Below are positions 16,602 through 29,998 of a DNA stretch of 43,545 bases, in pieces. A program made the translations under genes and the position numbers. The stretch lies in contig ADNK01000262.1 of assembly GCA_000320545.1 (NCBI GenBank), forward strand, positions 1 through 43,545. Reading direction: 5' to 3'. Source of the DNA: Bigelowiella natans CCMP2755 (Eukaryota > Protista > Cercozoa). Below the pieces are notes generated by a model that did no database searches, was not told the origin of the DNA, and was given only the letters and a program-made list of their open reading frames with translations. The number at the start of each line of letters is the position of its first letter. The first letter of the stretch is position 1.

Positions 16602-16970
16602 ATACCTCTCCGAAGAAATGTTACGTCGAGGGAAGAAAAACATTCGGTCCGTAGAGTATTTCTTTTATGTGCCTTGTTTTCGTTTGCTTGTTGCATACGA
16701 GCTTGTTTGTATAATATATCGTTCTATTATTGATTTTTGTGCACTATTACACACACACACACACACATTATTCTATGAAACAGAGTGATGAGATTCCTGT
16801 ATCCACTCCCTCATCGCGTCGGCGTCCTCCTCCAGAAATCCATACGGCGACAACACCAACACTCCCAGAAAGCTCAAATGGATCACTTACACCTATGCCA
16901 CCGTCACCGAAACCCCGGGATGGAAAACACAATGTCATCATGGAAAAAAATTATTATTGTATATATTATT

Positions 16971-17033
<63 letters not shown>

Positions 17034-18163
17034 GGAGAGAGTAAATGAAAGTAGAAGATCCAATAGGATGGATTGGGAAGCAGGCAGAGCTAAAGTTCAT
17101 TAATCACTACATTAGGGATACCGAAACAGACGTGCTTCGACACCAGCATTTCTTTTTGGCACAAAGTAGTAGTAAGTAGCATATGTTGGTGGTGGTGGTG
17201 TTGCTGTTACTAGTGGTGGTGGGTTTAGAAAAGTCTAGTCGTAGGAGTAGCCGAAGAGGGCTGGGAAATACAATGAAGAAACGATGACGGAATTGTTTTC
17301 GACGGGAAAATGTGAAGAATGAAAGACTACCTACAACGCATTCTCTTAAACCTTGCACATCGCCATACCATGGTATGACTGTCTCTATGTGGTGAAATCT
17401 TCGTTGCTTGCTATTCCATCCGATTCTCAGTTTAGAAGGGTGTTTGGAGATAGAAAAGGGATTGAGAGCCATACACAGAGCTGTGTATCGTAAAGGAGGA
17501 CGGAAAGCTACACGGGTTCGTCTATCTATGCACACTCACGCAAATATCATATGAGAAATAAGACTAATTTCTTTCTTGCGCTGGTTGCAGAAGCCCATCA
17601 GAGTCCTGATGTTTTTTCTTTGAATTGTTCTTCGTTGCATCTTTGTGATCTGATTTCGCCAGCTTTACAAGCATATGTGCCGGGGGAAGGATGCACTTTA
17701 CAGGTTACTCCAAATAACTAAGCACAAATGAAATTCCTCTCTATTTACCCCCCCTCTTTATCCTGATACACACACACTCTATACAATTCGACCTTATCGG
17801 CATCCAGAAATGGATTTCGGGATGAGATGGCACTGTTGGGCGCTTCTGTCGAGCCCATTATAGGTGGGAACTCGCATTGATTTCTTGCACTGTGTAGCAA
17901 ATATTCTGTTTGAATAGAGACTTTACTGCGTTCCTTCCCCTCCCCTACCTTCCATCTAACCCATTAATGATATTAATTGGTGACCATGTACAATAGTGGA
18001 CGCTATTTTCTCGAGCTTTGCAACTTCATCGCGGAGGATGACTTGCAGTGATTTCGTGAAGATGCTCGCGGCATCTGGGACCGCAATGTTGGAAGAGGAG
18101 AAAGTGAAGAAGGGGAAAGAAATGGGAAAAGGACGAGACATTCACTTGAAGAGCGACAAGTGA
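14758..18163 (+). CDS. Hypothetical protein: N-terminal coiled coil, Ser/Pro-rich linker, C-terminal degenerate EF-hand-like pair; multi-exon
   Basis: Exons MSERKAREGG..., KQLERCEMELADAERERDYLTKQLQMR, a Ser-rich exon at 16229-16587, and terminal GFRDEMALLGASVEPIIVDAIFSSFATSSRRMTCSDFVKML, which resembles a calmodulin C-lobe. Some internal junctions are uncertain. Confidence 0.6.
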
Positions 18164-18987
18164 ACATCACGTACAGAAACAGTCATGATTAGAATGCTCG
18201 TGATGATGCCAGAAGTAATTTTGTCATTCTTCTCAAAATGTATTTTCAGTGTAGCAGCTTTGTGAGACCATGCGATGCAGTGAACAGCATGACGGGTGGC
18301 GTGTGTTGGTGTGCACGTCTAGACGTACTAGCGTGCTTGTGAAGGCAATGTGTTGCTGTACATGCGGCCGTCCAGTTGTGACATGTGCACTCACACAGCA
18401 TTGAGCATCACACGTGCTGATGCCGCCGATCGCACTTCTAGAACACGCAACAAAGCATTGCCAAATCAATGCACACGAATCAGCGCTAGAGCGCTGGCTA
18501 GCTGGCGGAGCGCACAATTCAACGCTAGAACGTTACGACTGGACGCACTAGCGCACGTTTAACATTGAGCATTGAGCCACGCATCACATTGATGCAAAAC
18601 CTGCATGCGCAAGCAAGAACCACATGGGAAACAAGCGTTTGCACCCCGGTATGATTTGTGCGTGCGTGCGTCTTTCTCTCTCCCTCCCTCCCTCCCCCCC
18701 CTCCCTCTCTCTCTGATGGGTCTGTTCGTGTTTGTGTTTGTGTGTGTCTATGTTAAGACGGCACTTTTCAAAATATCAAAATATAAAAAGATCTAGATAT
18801 GGCCATGTAAATATGCATGTATTTAATCTAGTAATGATAGAGTAGGTATATTTTGCCTTTGGCATGCAACCAAAACACTGCGAATATACATACTAGTAAC
18901 AGTATACGTATGTCCATAAATGATGGTTATTTATTTACTTATCTTGTACATACAGAACAATTAGTAATCGTCAGGGCATCAATGACG

Positions 18988-20273
18988 TCATTTACGAGCA
19001 TTGGATTTGCTGCGGGCAATGCGACGATTTGCACGAATGACAGCTAATCGTGCTGTCGTCAGAAGATACCTTTCTGGTATGGAAATCATCTTATTATCTA
19101 GGCTCTTACTGAGGAGCAAAGCAGAGCGCACCTTTGCCAGTCTCCTAGACTTACGCACACCCGCTGGTACAGAGAAGAACCACTCAGGAAGCTGGATAGT
19201 TATCCCTGCTACTGCATTCCAATTGATACGCTTTCTTCCACGGGTAGCTCGCGCCTGCCTCCTAGCTTCCCGTTTCATATTGAAGATGGCGTCTTTTGAA
19301 GGTTTGGGCTTTCTAGCCTTTGATCCGGATTTTTTAACAATTTTAGTTGACCCTCTTTTTTTTGCAGTTTTAATGATTGTCGTTTTGGCCGATTTTCTTC
19401 GAATTGTTGCGTTCTTTCTGGGGGACTTCATGCTGGCAGCGTACGCAGGTTCGGTTACGGGGGGCGGGTGCATTCTTTTCGCCTTTGTGATGGCAGCATT
19501 CGCAGATTTGACCAAGGAGGGAGAAATTTGCTCATTTCCTTGATACACCTCTCGTCGTAGAACTCGTTTTTTGTGATTGTGGTGTTCGATGTTGGTCTGC
19601 TCCATCTCGTTGAAGTTAACGCTGTAGGTGTATGTTCCGCTCTTTATTGCGCGCACGCTGACGGCAGGATTTCGGCTCCAATCCTTAAAGGCGAAATCTA
19701 CGACGTCTGATGCCTCAAGATCGTAGTCATACCACCCAGTTGTTTTACCATCAACGTGATCATCGACATAGTATTGCCATGTGTGCGTACTGATTCCACC
19801 CTTTTGCCCTTGATCTCATCCTCCTGTTGGATCTCTTCGATACGTCCCTCATTTGGATGAGCACGAAAGCGACTCATCATCTTGTCATATTGTTTAGCTC
19901 TTTCCTGAGTCTCGTCAGCTTTCTCATGGCCCATTAAAGAGTACTTCCCTTCTTTTGGAACAAAACCCGTAAATCTTGACTGCCATTCGTTCCCTGTCTT
20001 CTTCTTGAATGTATCGATGAAAGCAGTCAAAGCTTCTTCTACCCTATCGTAGGCAGTAAGTTTAGATACCCCCCCTCCCCCAATTCGACCCCATCGGGCC
20101 CATATATAATAAATTTTGCTCTCAGATTCCCTGATGAGCTGTAGCACATAGAACTTCGAGTTGCGTTCAAGTCGACTTGCAGCTTGGAGAGTAGCTGTGA
20201 AAAAGCCAGAGCCATCCCTCACTACATGACTTTTGCCCTTTAACGGGCACTCGTCCTCAACCTTAGAGCCCAT
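18988..20273 (-). CDS. WGR-domain + WWE-domain protein with basic C-tail and no PARP catalytic domain; frame break near 19800
   Basis: ORF 19698-20273 carries the PARP-type WGR (NSKFYVLQLI...IWARWGRIG...FIDTFKKKTGNEW...FVPKEGKY). The next frame carries WWE (TWQYYVDD..GWYDYDLEASDVVDFAF...YTYSVNFNEMEQTNI..KKRVLRR) and is open to the stop at 18988. Confidence 0.82.
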
Positions 20274-20462
20274 TGATGATGAGCAGAAATTCTTCTGGGT
20301 TGTGAGAGATGCGAATCCTTTTTCTCAATGAGTTTTGAGGTAAGACGACAAGCTTGTCTCACTAGCATAAGACCTTCCCGCGTTTTAATCAAATCCTTAT
20401 AATTTTGCAGTAATCCATGTTGTCGCCGTTTGAAATTCACAGCAATTTCCACTCTTCCGCAG
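20274..20462. promoter_or_regulatory. Probable bidirectional promoter of WGR-WWE and FANCI
   Basis: 189 bp between the divergent predicted ATGs at 20273 and 20463. Confidence 0.55.
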
Positions 20463-23400
20463 ATGCCTGAGGTTGGCTCCCCACCCCCAGTGCATTCGAT
20501 TATCTAAAGTTTCGAATCGTAACCCAATTTAGGAAAATGGAGAGGATGGAGTGGATAACACGGAACTAAAGGCCATGGAGAGGGATGATGGGGAAAATAC
20601 CGCCTCTTCCGAACTCAATCAGGATAAAGATGGGCAGGATCAAGATGCTGAAGTGGCTAACCTGCTTGGAAAGGTGCATGATCCTGATTAATTTGTCTCA
20701 AATTCTAACATGTGCCTTATCCTCATAGATCGGCACAAGTATGAATATTGAGGCCTCACGGAACTTAATTTCATCGCTGCTCGGGTTCAAGGGCAAAAGG
20801 CGGAGGAAAATTGTTCAGGAAGTAGCGAAAATGGTGTGCAGCTTGAAAATGAACAGTAGTGAAGCCTCGCAGGTTGCAGCTACACTAAGTAATAGCTTAA
20901 GGAATGCCAAGACTTCAATGGTGGTTCTCTTCCTCAGCGAAATGATCAATCTACTCTCCTCTACTAATACTGTTGCAACCATCCCTGAAATAATTCACAA
21001 AATATATTGGCTTGTGAGCAAGTCTGACGGCCACGTGGATTGTACCGAGATAGATCTTGAACCAATGAGCTCTGATGAATTTCAAGATTATATATGTTCG
21101 CGGTTATGCAGAGTAACGTGGGCGCCTGCACTTATATGTCCATTGACAACGATAATCAACGATTTCCCTTTTACCCGAGATCAACTGCGAATGCTAATTG
21201 TCAAAATTCACAAAAATGCAAAACGTCTGGAAAGAACGCAAATTCCAGCCTTTGTCTACCAGAACCTTCTGATGGCGTCGAAAGGACAAAGAATACGAAT
21301 ACTCCACTTCATTTCAGAGCTCTTTGATGATGCTCAAAGTTCGTTGAATCGAAGTGAGAAAAAACAGATGCTTCAGATTCAAGGCACAGTCCTCCTTCAC
21401 TTCGACTTCACCATAAAGCATGATCAGCAGATGGGTAACTGTCTCCTGAATCTTGTCAAGCAAAATGAAATCCAGATGAGTCCTTTCTGTATGGCTATAG
21501 TTCTTTCCCTTGGACGGATCCAACGGTACCAGAACAAAGTCATTTCATTTCTGACGAATTATATCGTGGACTACTACACGGGGGAGGAAAAATGCAAAAA
21601 TTCCCCCTGGCTAAAAGATATAGTGAAAAATAATGGTGATCTGCATGCAAAAGTACCTCGAGTGATCCAAAGGGTGCTGTCTAATACACATCGAGGCTGG
21701 GATCATATTATCCCGAGCTTGCTGGAGCTCGGTATGCAGCTGATTGATCGAAAATTAAAGAGTAGCGCCTCAAACCGAGGAACATCAAAGTCCAGTGGTG
21801 TATCTGACAATACATTGCCAAATCTTCGTCTTGAGGACGATGACAGATCTAGAGTTCCAGCCGACATTAACATTATCTGGCAGGGAGCTCAGATTCTTCG
21901 AAAGCTCTTTAAGTACCACAAGGTCGTTCGAAAGGAGCTTTTGGAGAACCTATTGTTTCGACTTATCACAGGAGAAAATCCTGTTGCAGCATTGGAGATT
22001 CTAAACGTAATTTTGTCCCAAAATCTCATCGCAGCCATGGAGTTTCTTCCAAACATAAAGGACACGCTGGACTATCTAGGGTTCATGCAACCCGCTGTCG
22101 CTGTCCGACTTATCCAAGTCCTGAAGCCACTTCTCCTCACACGGAAGAGTTTGAAAGATCACGTTGTAATGGTTCTCCGGAAAGCGATGTTCAATCACGA
22201 ATTGCCCTCCAGGCTGGTGGCCGCAAAAGGATTCCTGAGTCTTTTCGATCAGGGTATATCGGAGAGCTTCTCTCTCAGTCAATCCAGCCAAAGCAGCTCC
22301 CAATCGTCTTCGGAATCTAGTGAGGACATGCAGATGTTCTTACAAGCTCTGAGTATCCTGCGACGTTGCTTGACCCAACAGGCTGCGGTGAGGAAGGAAG
22401 TGTATTCAGGTTTGAGCAATTTGTACAGCAGGAAACCCAAGCTTCAGTCTTACATTTTAGATCTCTTTCAAGCCCAGCTTCGCAAATACTACGAGACTGA
22501 CCTTAAATGTGAGAGGCCACTGAAAATTAAAAAGTGCCTCTCGACGTCAGGAGTCCAGCTTGAACCTCTTCCTGAGCTTCTGATTGCCATATTTCGATGC
22601 TTGTCATCTTCTCACCCTCGTACCAAAGATTACACCCCATCGTTCAAGATGTTGAAAGAATGGGTGAAAAGTATCTTAAAAAGGTTGGTTCAGATGAACA
22701 TCGGCGATTATGAATTGAAGCCCCCAGCATCTGCGGACTTATCGGAAGCTGAAGCAGAGCACCTGAATTTACAAATCAATTGCTTGCGAGGTGTGGTAGA
22801 GAGCTGCTTGGACTACTGCATTTCTAAGTTCACTTCTTCAGGGAAGCTTTGCGAATCGGAGTCTGGCTTTGACTGGATCGCAAAGTTAATAAAGCACGAT
22901 GAGGACCTTATCGGCCTCAAGCTTTCGAAGCCGGGGAAAAAGAAGTCGCCGAAAAAATCAAAACACGAGAGCGTTACCCCGTTGCTGTCTCAAAAGTCAA
23001 TAGCAGGGCTAGTTGGGGTTATTGCAGTAGGAGATGATTCGAAACTGAGGCAAAAGGTTGCTGGCAATATCCACCTAATATCGTATATCTTGGGAGTTGC
23101 AAATCGATATCTCAGTAGTAGTAGTGGAGATGGGCACTTGGGTGATGAGGAAAGAACTGAACGAAGAGAATTCTGTTTCTCTATAGCAGCTAACGTCGCT
23201 CGTCTCTTCGAGCTGCATGTGAAGAGAATCGATGATGGTGCAAACATGGGGCGGGGAGGGGTAGACTCTCTAGCCCTCCTTTCAATCAAGATATTCATTG
23301 GATGCCTGGATATCTTGAAATATGGGTCAAGAAAAAACAAGATTCACTTCTTGGAACTTTTCTATAGACACTCACCCGTTGAAAGCGACCGCAATCCTGA

Positions 23401-24829
23401 TTCTGTTGTTGGAGCTTTGTCGCTAATGGAAGTATACTTCAACAAACTCATCAGCAACGCATACAACGAGGAGGCCCTGTGCTTGCTCAAAGCGCTAGAA
23501 ACCATTAGCGGAATCCTAATCGAAGGCAACGAGCAGCAGGCTGACGGAAAAGAGCAGCAAGGCGACGACCAGGACCGCCAGGAGTCCGATTCCGAGATGC
23601 ATCTAAAATGGCTGAAGAGAATGTGTAAGTTGCAACCGTTCAGACTTTGCGATAGAATCAACGCACAATCGCTAGTTCGTGCGCAAATGTTCTTCAAACA
23701 GTTTTTCCCTGATGAGTGATGCATGTGTTGCGATTCTATTTAGGTTCCGAGAAAGAGATCACCCACGGTAAGCTTGCCTTCGCACTTATGGAATACCTTA
23801 TCCACAGAGCTGGCTCCCCAAAGTCGGCTCTACAGAACGTTCTCGAAGCCTCGCAGGACTTACTAACGCTGCACGGAGATATAGCGGAGGAACAGCAACC
23901 ATCAAGCGATGTGCAGTACGCCTTCATAAATGGGGCGACGGTGAGCATGGTGCTCAAGTCTGTGATGAAATATGTTGATGGCAGTTTGGTGGAAGTCGAA
24001 TGGATGCTCCGATATCTAAATGCTGTCGGGGTTTGCATCCCTAACGGAGAGGAGGGAGATGAGGACGGAGACCTTGATCTGAAGATCGAGCTTGTCGAGC
24101 ACCAGAAGGCCTTCGAAGACGCGGTCTTTGTACGTCTCATCGATGCGAGCGCTGTGCTGAACATATTTGTGATGTCTAGAATCCATGGTGACAGCGTGCA
24201 AGAGCTGCTCAAGGTCCTGACAAAGATGTTCAAGCTTGTCACGAACGGTTGCAAGCTTCTCACGAAAACCAAGAAGAAGCCGTCGTCGAAGTTTCGCAAG
24301 TTGATCCAAGTGACATGCAAGCAGCTGACCGTCAAGGTCTACCCGTTTATCCTTTTCGAGCAGCAAATGAACGGCGAGGATGCATCGGACACGAAGTCCA
24401 AAATTGCCAAGGAGTCGCGTGTGATACCTGGCCTGATTTTCCAGCTCGAGCAATTTGAGAAGTGCCTCTTCCAACTTGCTAGGAACAGCAAGGTCGATCT
24501 GACCCGATGGATGAAGCACAGCACGGCGCGCGATTTCAGAATCCTCACCTCAAATCTCAAGAGCCAGGACAAGGAGAAGGCGGGTGATGAGGGGGAGGCC
24601 GGGGGGCAGGATGGAGGAGCCCAGAAAAAAAAGAAAACGAAGTCCAAATCCAATAAGAACAAGAAAAGGAAGAAAAAGGTTAGCAGTGTCATATTGTTAC
24701 CATTAAGAAATTGGATTGTAAGATCACGTGTCTGATACACATAACTTTGTGCAGAGGAAAAGGGATAAAGAAATCTCACAGTCATCCAAATCTGCAACGT
24801 CGGAAATGGTATGTGTGAATCTCCGTCTC

Positions 24830-24874
<45 letters not shown>

Positions 24875-24959
24875 CTCTCTCTCTCTCAAATTCTTAGATC
24901 TATGATATTTCAAAAAATACTTTCGAGAGATCTAGAGAGTTTGCCTTTCTCCATTCTTC

Positions 24960-25035
<76 letters not shown>

Positions 25036-25642
25036 TGCGTATTTGTCATCATAAGGCAGCTTTTTAATTTGGTAACACTCCCCATGATGACTATTATCCA
25101 CTCGTTTTAAGGCCGAGGCCAAAGTTGACGATGGAGCAGATAGGAAGGAGGAAGAAGAGGAGGGGGGGGAGCTGGTGGCAGCAGGAGAAGAGGAAGAGGA
25201 GATCGGTGAAGAAGAGGCGGATAACGGAGAGGAGCTAGAGGAAAGACAGGTCGCACCGAACCAAGCCATGGAGCAAATCGAAGAGATCGATCGTATGTGC
25301 GAGGAGGAGGAGGAAGAGGATGATGAAGATGATGGCGAGAATAATGCGGAGAATATTCCCCCTCCGACCTCAAATTCGTCCAGAAGACTCTCAGGAGAAA
25401 AAAGACAGCGGATAGAAAGCGACCCACAGCATCGGCGTAGGAAGAAACGCAATGCATTTAAAGCCAGAACCTTCTATGAGGACGAGTGCGAAGATGACGG
25501 TGCAGGAAACGAGGAGGACAACGAAGAAGACATCAACGAAGATGAAGCTATTCCAGGTGAGGATCTTGCCTGCGGCGGGAAAGAGATTGAAGACCGCATG
25601 CTTGAAGCTGGGGAAGAGAGCGAGGATATCAACGAAACATAA
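20463..25642 (+). CDS. FANCI: Fanconi anemia group I protein (FANCI), about 6 exons
   Basis: VLRKAMF (monoubiquitination Lys) followed by an SQ cluster SLSQSSQSSSQ, LRRCLTQQAAVR..VY, EPLPELL, and C-terminal ESRVIPGLIFQLEQFEK...MKHSTARDFRI. An intron at ~23625-23743 joins the two big ORFs. The first coding exon is the 9-nt ATGCCTGAG, and the last exon is acidic. Confidence 0.95.
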
Positions 25643-26967
25643 TGGAGTTGTATACATGTAACATCGCTGTACGCCATCCATCTAGATGCTGTGTAACATG
25701 CCTGTATTAGCAATGACAGGGGTCTGTCATTTTAGACTTCAAAATTGTGGTGCTGATATAATTCGCCAGCTGCATTGATGCCCTCTAGCTCTCATGTACG
25801 TCGATCCCAATTGTTGTGAATCATCAATGTCAATCGCACTGATGTCCACTGCTCCATTGTGCTTCGAAGCGGACGCATGACATCTAGACATTGTGCCAGA
25901 TGTACACGTGATAATAGACACAGGAATCCCACATGCATGTGGTATGTATGGTATTCCCTGTCTACAATGAGTATCCTCGAGTCTATATATAATACTCGCG
26001 CATAGCGCGCGCAGTAGGCAGCCACATGACGCGATGATAGTACATGATGCGCTGATGCGGCGACCAGTAGCGCATCGCGCGGCGCTCGCTAGCTAGCTTG
26101 CATGCCCTGTATCGACAGCATGCCCTATCTAGTTATGTAGCTATTAGTGCAATGGTCACAAGTCCGCTAGCGCGCAAAGCAGGATGATTGGCCAACGCAG
26201 ACTCACAACAGCAATGCACCGTCTATAGCCGTGCCGCGGTACATGTGGCGCCTGGCAGGCACCACACGGCAGGTTAGCAGGGATCAAACGTAATGAGCAA
26301 GGCGTCAAAAAGGAGGACAGTCAAAGCAGCACATCTAGACATGGATGTGAGACGGATGTATTGAATATGTAAATAAATTGTTTTTTGTCAAATTGTAACC
26401 TTATTGATGTAGCTATGTGCAAAGCAGCAGCTACACAGCGCTTATAAACATTGAATCTATCTGTCCCTGTTGTTACATGCTAGATCGACATGCATGTGAG
26501 TGTGTGCTGCGCATGCACTGTTGCTCAACGTGTGTACGTAACTACACAGATGGACACGAGTTCCTCTGTACGCACACATACGGGGTTTCATCCGTATGCT
26601 AGCATGGAGCTATGCAGCTATGGCTCACTGTAAGTCCCAGATATATTTGGCATGTCAGGCAAACGTAAATTTGAAACGCGATAAGCGTGAGGACCATGCT
26701 AGCATGCCAACAAGCCAGATGCAACTAGCGAATAGATTCAACATCATGTTTGTTGCGGCTATAGCTTATGCTGCGATCCGATGTTTTGTCATCATCCATG
26801 TCTCATATTGGTGATACACTACTATATGCATATCAACAGCCACTTTCGTTGAAATAAATTTGACACAACATGGAACGTCGATCAACTTACTCAGTATTGG
26901 TGTGAATAAGACATATATACAAATACCAAAAACGATGTACTTTTATGCAAGGTATCTGCACACAATG

Positions 26968-27426
26968 CTACATGGTCGTCAGGAAGTAGATGCTTGAGTC
27001 GTCAAAAAAGGTAACAGCAAGAAGTTTAGCTCCTGATAACATGGCAATAAGCTTATAATGTAGGTGCACGGCTTCACAGCTACGATTTTGGTTTTTACCT
27101 TGGCAGTACTTAATCCCTGTCCCTAATTTCTTGGTTATCGAGGTCGACTGAACCACGCTAACCTGGAAATGGGGGCGGTTGGGGAATGATTAAATGTAGA
27201 TCTAGAAGTCTTTGGAGATAATATATACACTCACAGGTGCAATAGGAAACACGTAGACATCAAGTAGACATCAAATGCGGAAATCAGGTGAGATGTATGG
27301 GTTGGGCGACACTGTTCTTCAGAACATTCACAACACCTCTTCTCCCTTGAGCTCCCAAACATTCACAAACGTGTCCTCGCTCACCGTTGCAAATCTTGCC
27401 TGTGGATAGTGCGGGAGAGATATAGT

Positions 27427-27459
<33 letters not shown>

Positions 27460-27661
27460 ATGTGTGTGTGTGCGCGCGCGCTCAAACTCCATAGCAGCTC
27501 ATAATACCTTTTCAGGATGAGCACTAATGGCCGTCACGGGTGCTGAGTGCCCAGTAATTGAGACCTAAATTGATCGCATCATTACCTCAAGCTATCATGG
27601 GCTTGTCGCTTATGAGACATATCTATAATTGTACACACGTTTAAACACACGCATCACCAGT

Positions 27662-27696
<35 letters not shown>

Positions 27697-28028
27697 ACGA
27701 GGCTGCAAGAGTACGTATGCAGCTACTTTCGGTTACTACTCACCGCAACAGAGTTTGACTTGAGATCCACAATATCTATCCTGAGACCAAATGCACATCT
27801 CCGACTCAAACGCATTTTCAATCGCAGCATACTTAAATCAGCGCATCTGTCAGCTTCTCCCCTCTCCCCTCTCATTCATGCACAGACTTGCCATCATCCA
27901 TTCCGCACACAAGAGAGTTGGCCTCTAAGGAAGCAAACACATTGTTACTACTACTTCAGCTCAAAAATGCTTAGAATGTTAAGGAGATGAGGCCCATATG
28001 CTCGTGGCATTAATATGTATTATAATAC

Positions 28029-28087
<59 letters not shown>

Positions 28088-28253
28088 TTGTGTTGGTATA
28101 AATAAACGTCTCACAGTTATGCGTGAGAGGGGTGGAGATGAGTCGATTTTGTACCTCCTTTCAGAAGATCCATACAATTACATGGGTACCTACAAACGCA
28201 CACACGAAATACTTCAACTTATATCTATGTCTGAAAATATCCTATCATATATT

Positions 28254-28305
<52 letters not shown>

Positions 28306-29136
28306 TATATGAATGATATATATTATAAATATCATTAGCGTTCTCTATGTAGTGATATAAGCTGCCTGATAACGGCAACGTGGCTGTTATGACCCTTTTC
28401 CTTCAATGGTGAGGTATCTTCCATATACCCCCTCATTGTTTTGTTTATAGACGCTCACGCCTCCGTTTGCATCCCCTGCATACAGTCTGTCGGCCCACAA
28501 AACGAGCCAGTCAGATATATGTAGAGGGAAAAGCTTTTGAAGCACGACGCATGGTACGATGGTGATGTATAGTAACAACGAGGTTATTCACACAGAACCT
28601 CTTATTCGCGTGTGCCAAAGCAGTTATCATTGTCTTGCTCGGAATGGTATACTTCAGCTTCATTTCCTTCTCGGTCACAGAGTAAACGAGTATCCCCGAG
28701 TTTGATCCTAGAGATTGTATGTGTGTGTGTGTTTGTGTGTGTGTGTGTTAGGAGACTGAAATGTAGTTTGTGATAACAATATGTTATCGCATCTTACCGA
28801 CAAAAAGAGTCTCCGAGCCATCAGACGCACAGCTTGTTAGGGTGGCCTTCTCTCCAGAGCCTGAAGTTCCTTGCGCGATTGGACGTCGCATAACAAATAA
28901 CCACGAATTTTGGTGAGAGTCGAGTGCAAAATAAAAAGTTCTTCGCTCTCTGAATTGAAGTAGTTGCAGACTAAAGCCCAACTGAAAATTGAAAGAATAC
29001 CATCGTAAGAGATTTGTGTATCACTTCTACCTGTCTTTGCGAGTGAATCCCTTTCTTGTGGTCTTTGCCGTATATCTACACCAAAAACGCATGTTTGTTG
29101 CATACTAGGAAAGCTGTAAAGTGAGTGAGTGAGTGA

Positions 29137-29188
<52 letters not shown>

Positions 29189-29739
29189 TTTGTTCAGTAA
29201 GTGAAGAGAGTGAGACTCACGCAAACATCGCCGTTCTCTGTGCAGACGATGAGGACAGTTTGAAACAGCTCGACATGTTTCAGCACGCATACGGTGGCGA
29301 GTTCTAATCATACAACGGCATAACGAATAGTTTTGGATGAGAAGCGAAGCTGAGAAACATTCTTCTGCCTAGATACTGGTATTCTCTGCTAAATTAATCC
29401 CGTTGAACCTCCCTCGACACGTGAAGTCCACAACTCGCACCTTTGTAGAGAACAGCCTTCTTGCCAGAGGTCTTCACAACCACTTTTCGCTTGTGTGAGA
29501 AGCACTTGCTCGTGGAGCAAATGGATAGGTTGCTGTTTATAAGGGAGGCAGAAGCCAGACATTTCTGGACTTCGAAGTGTTCTTCGTCGGCATCCATTGC
29601 TCGCCCCTGCAACCTGCAGCCTGGTTTGTTACGATTCAGACATATCTTTCTGTCAAATATTTTCACATCATTGCGGTTTTCCAACAACGACTTAATTGCG
29701 TCTTACATCTGTATCCTTAATGGATGGATTCTCGTCCAT
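26968..29739 (-). CDS. WDR54: WD40-repeat protein, WDR54-like, multi-exon
   Basis: Exons give SASLINSNLSI, LFVGSNSGILVY, LYAGDANGGVSVY, VCGMDDGKIDIVD, ITGHSAPVTAI, FATVSEDTFVNVWEL, TGIKYCQGAKLLAVTFFD. These parallel recalled WDR54 motifs (SA..L.NNL, EDTFV.IW.L, FAVTGYD). The start is 29739 or 29597. Confidence 0.7.
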
Positions 29740-29998
29740 GTATCCCCTCCCTGGCGACAAATCGTCGGAGCTGTAAATAAAGACGGAAATCCTAGGAAAT
29801 CCTTTGGTTTCAACATCTGAGACAACATCAGATTGAGGCCGCCCTTTATAAAGCCCATTCGAATTCAGTGCATATATCTGGATTTCGGATTGAATTTTTC
29901 CGAAGAATTGCAGGTCGTTTTTGCATAAAATCGGACTAATTCTTGCAAAGTTTGTCTGTCTCGGAGGGACTAGGACGGCAGGCCGATAAAAGCACATC

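Noticed and set aside
23716-24735. Separate gene overlapping the FANCI stop (prokaryote-like coupling)
   Set aside because: A gtaagt...ttag intron (~23625-23743) joins both ORFs into one FANCI.
27860-27900. GC-AG donor (gcaagt) in the WDR54-like gene
   Set aside because: The adjacent GT donor (GGC AA|gtctgt) gives the correct phase for DDGKIDIVD.
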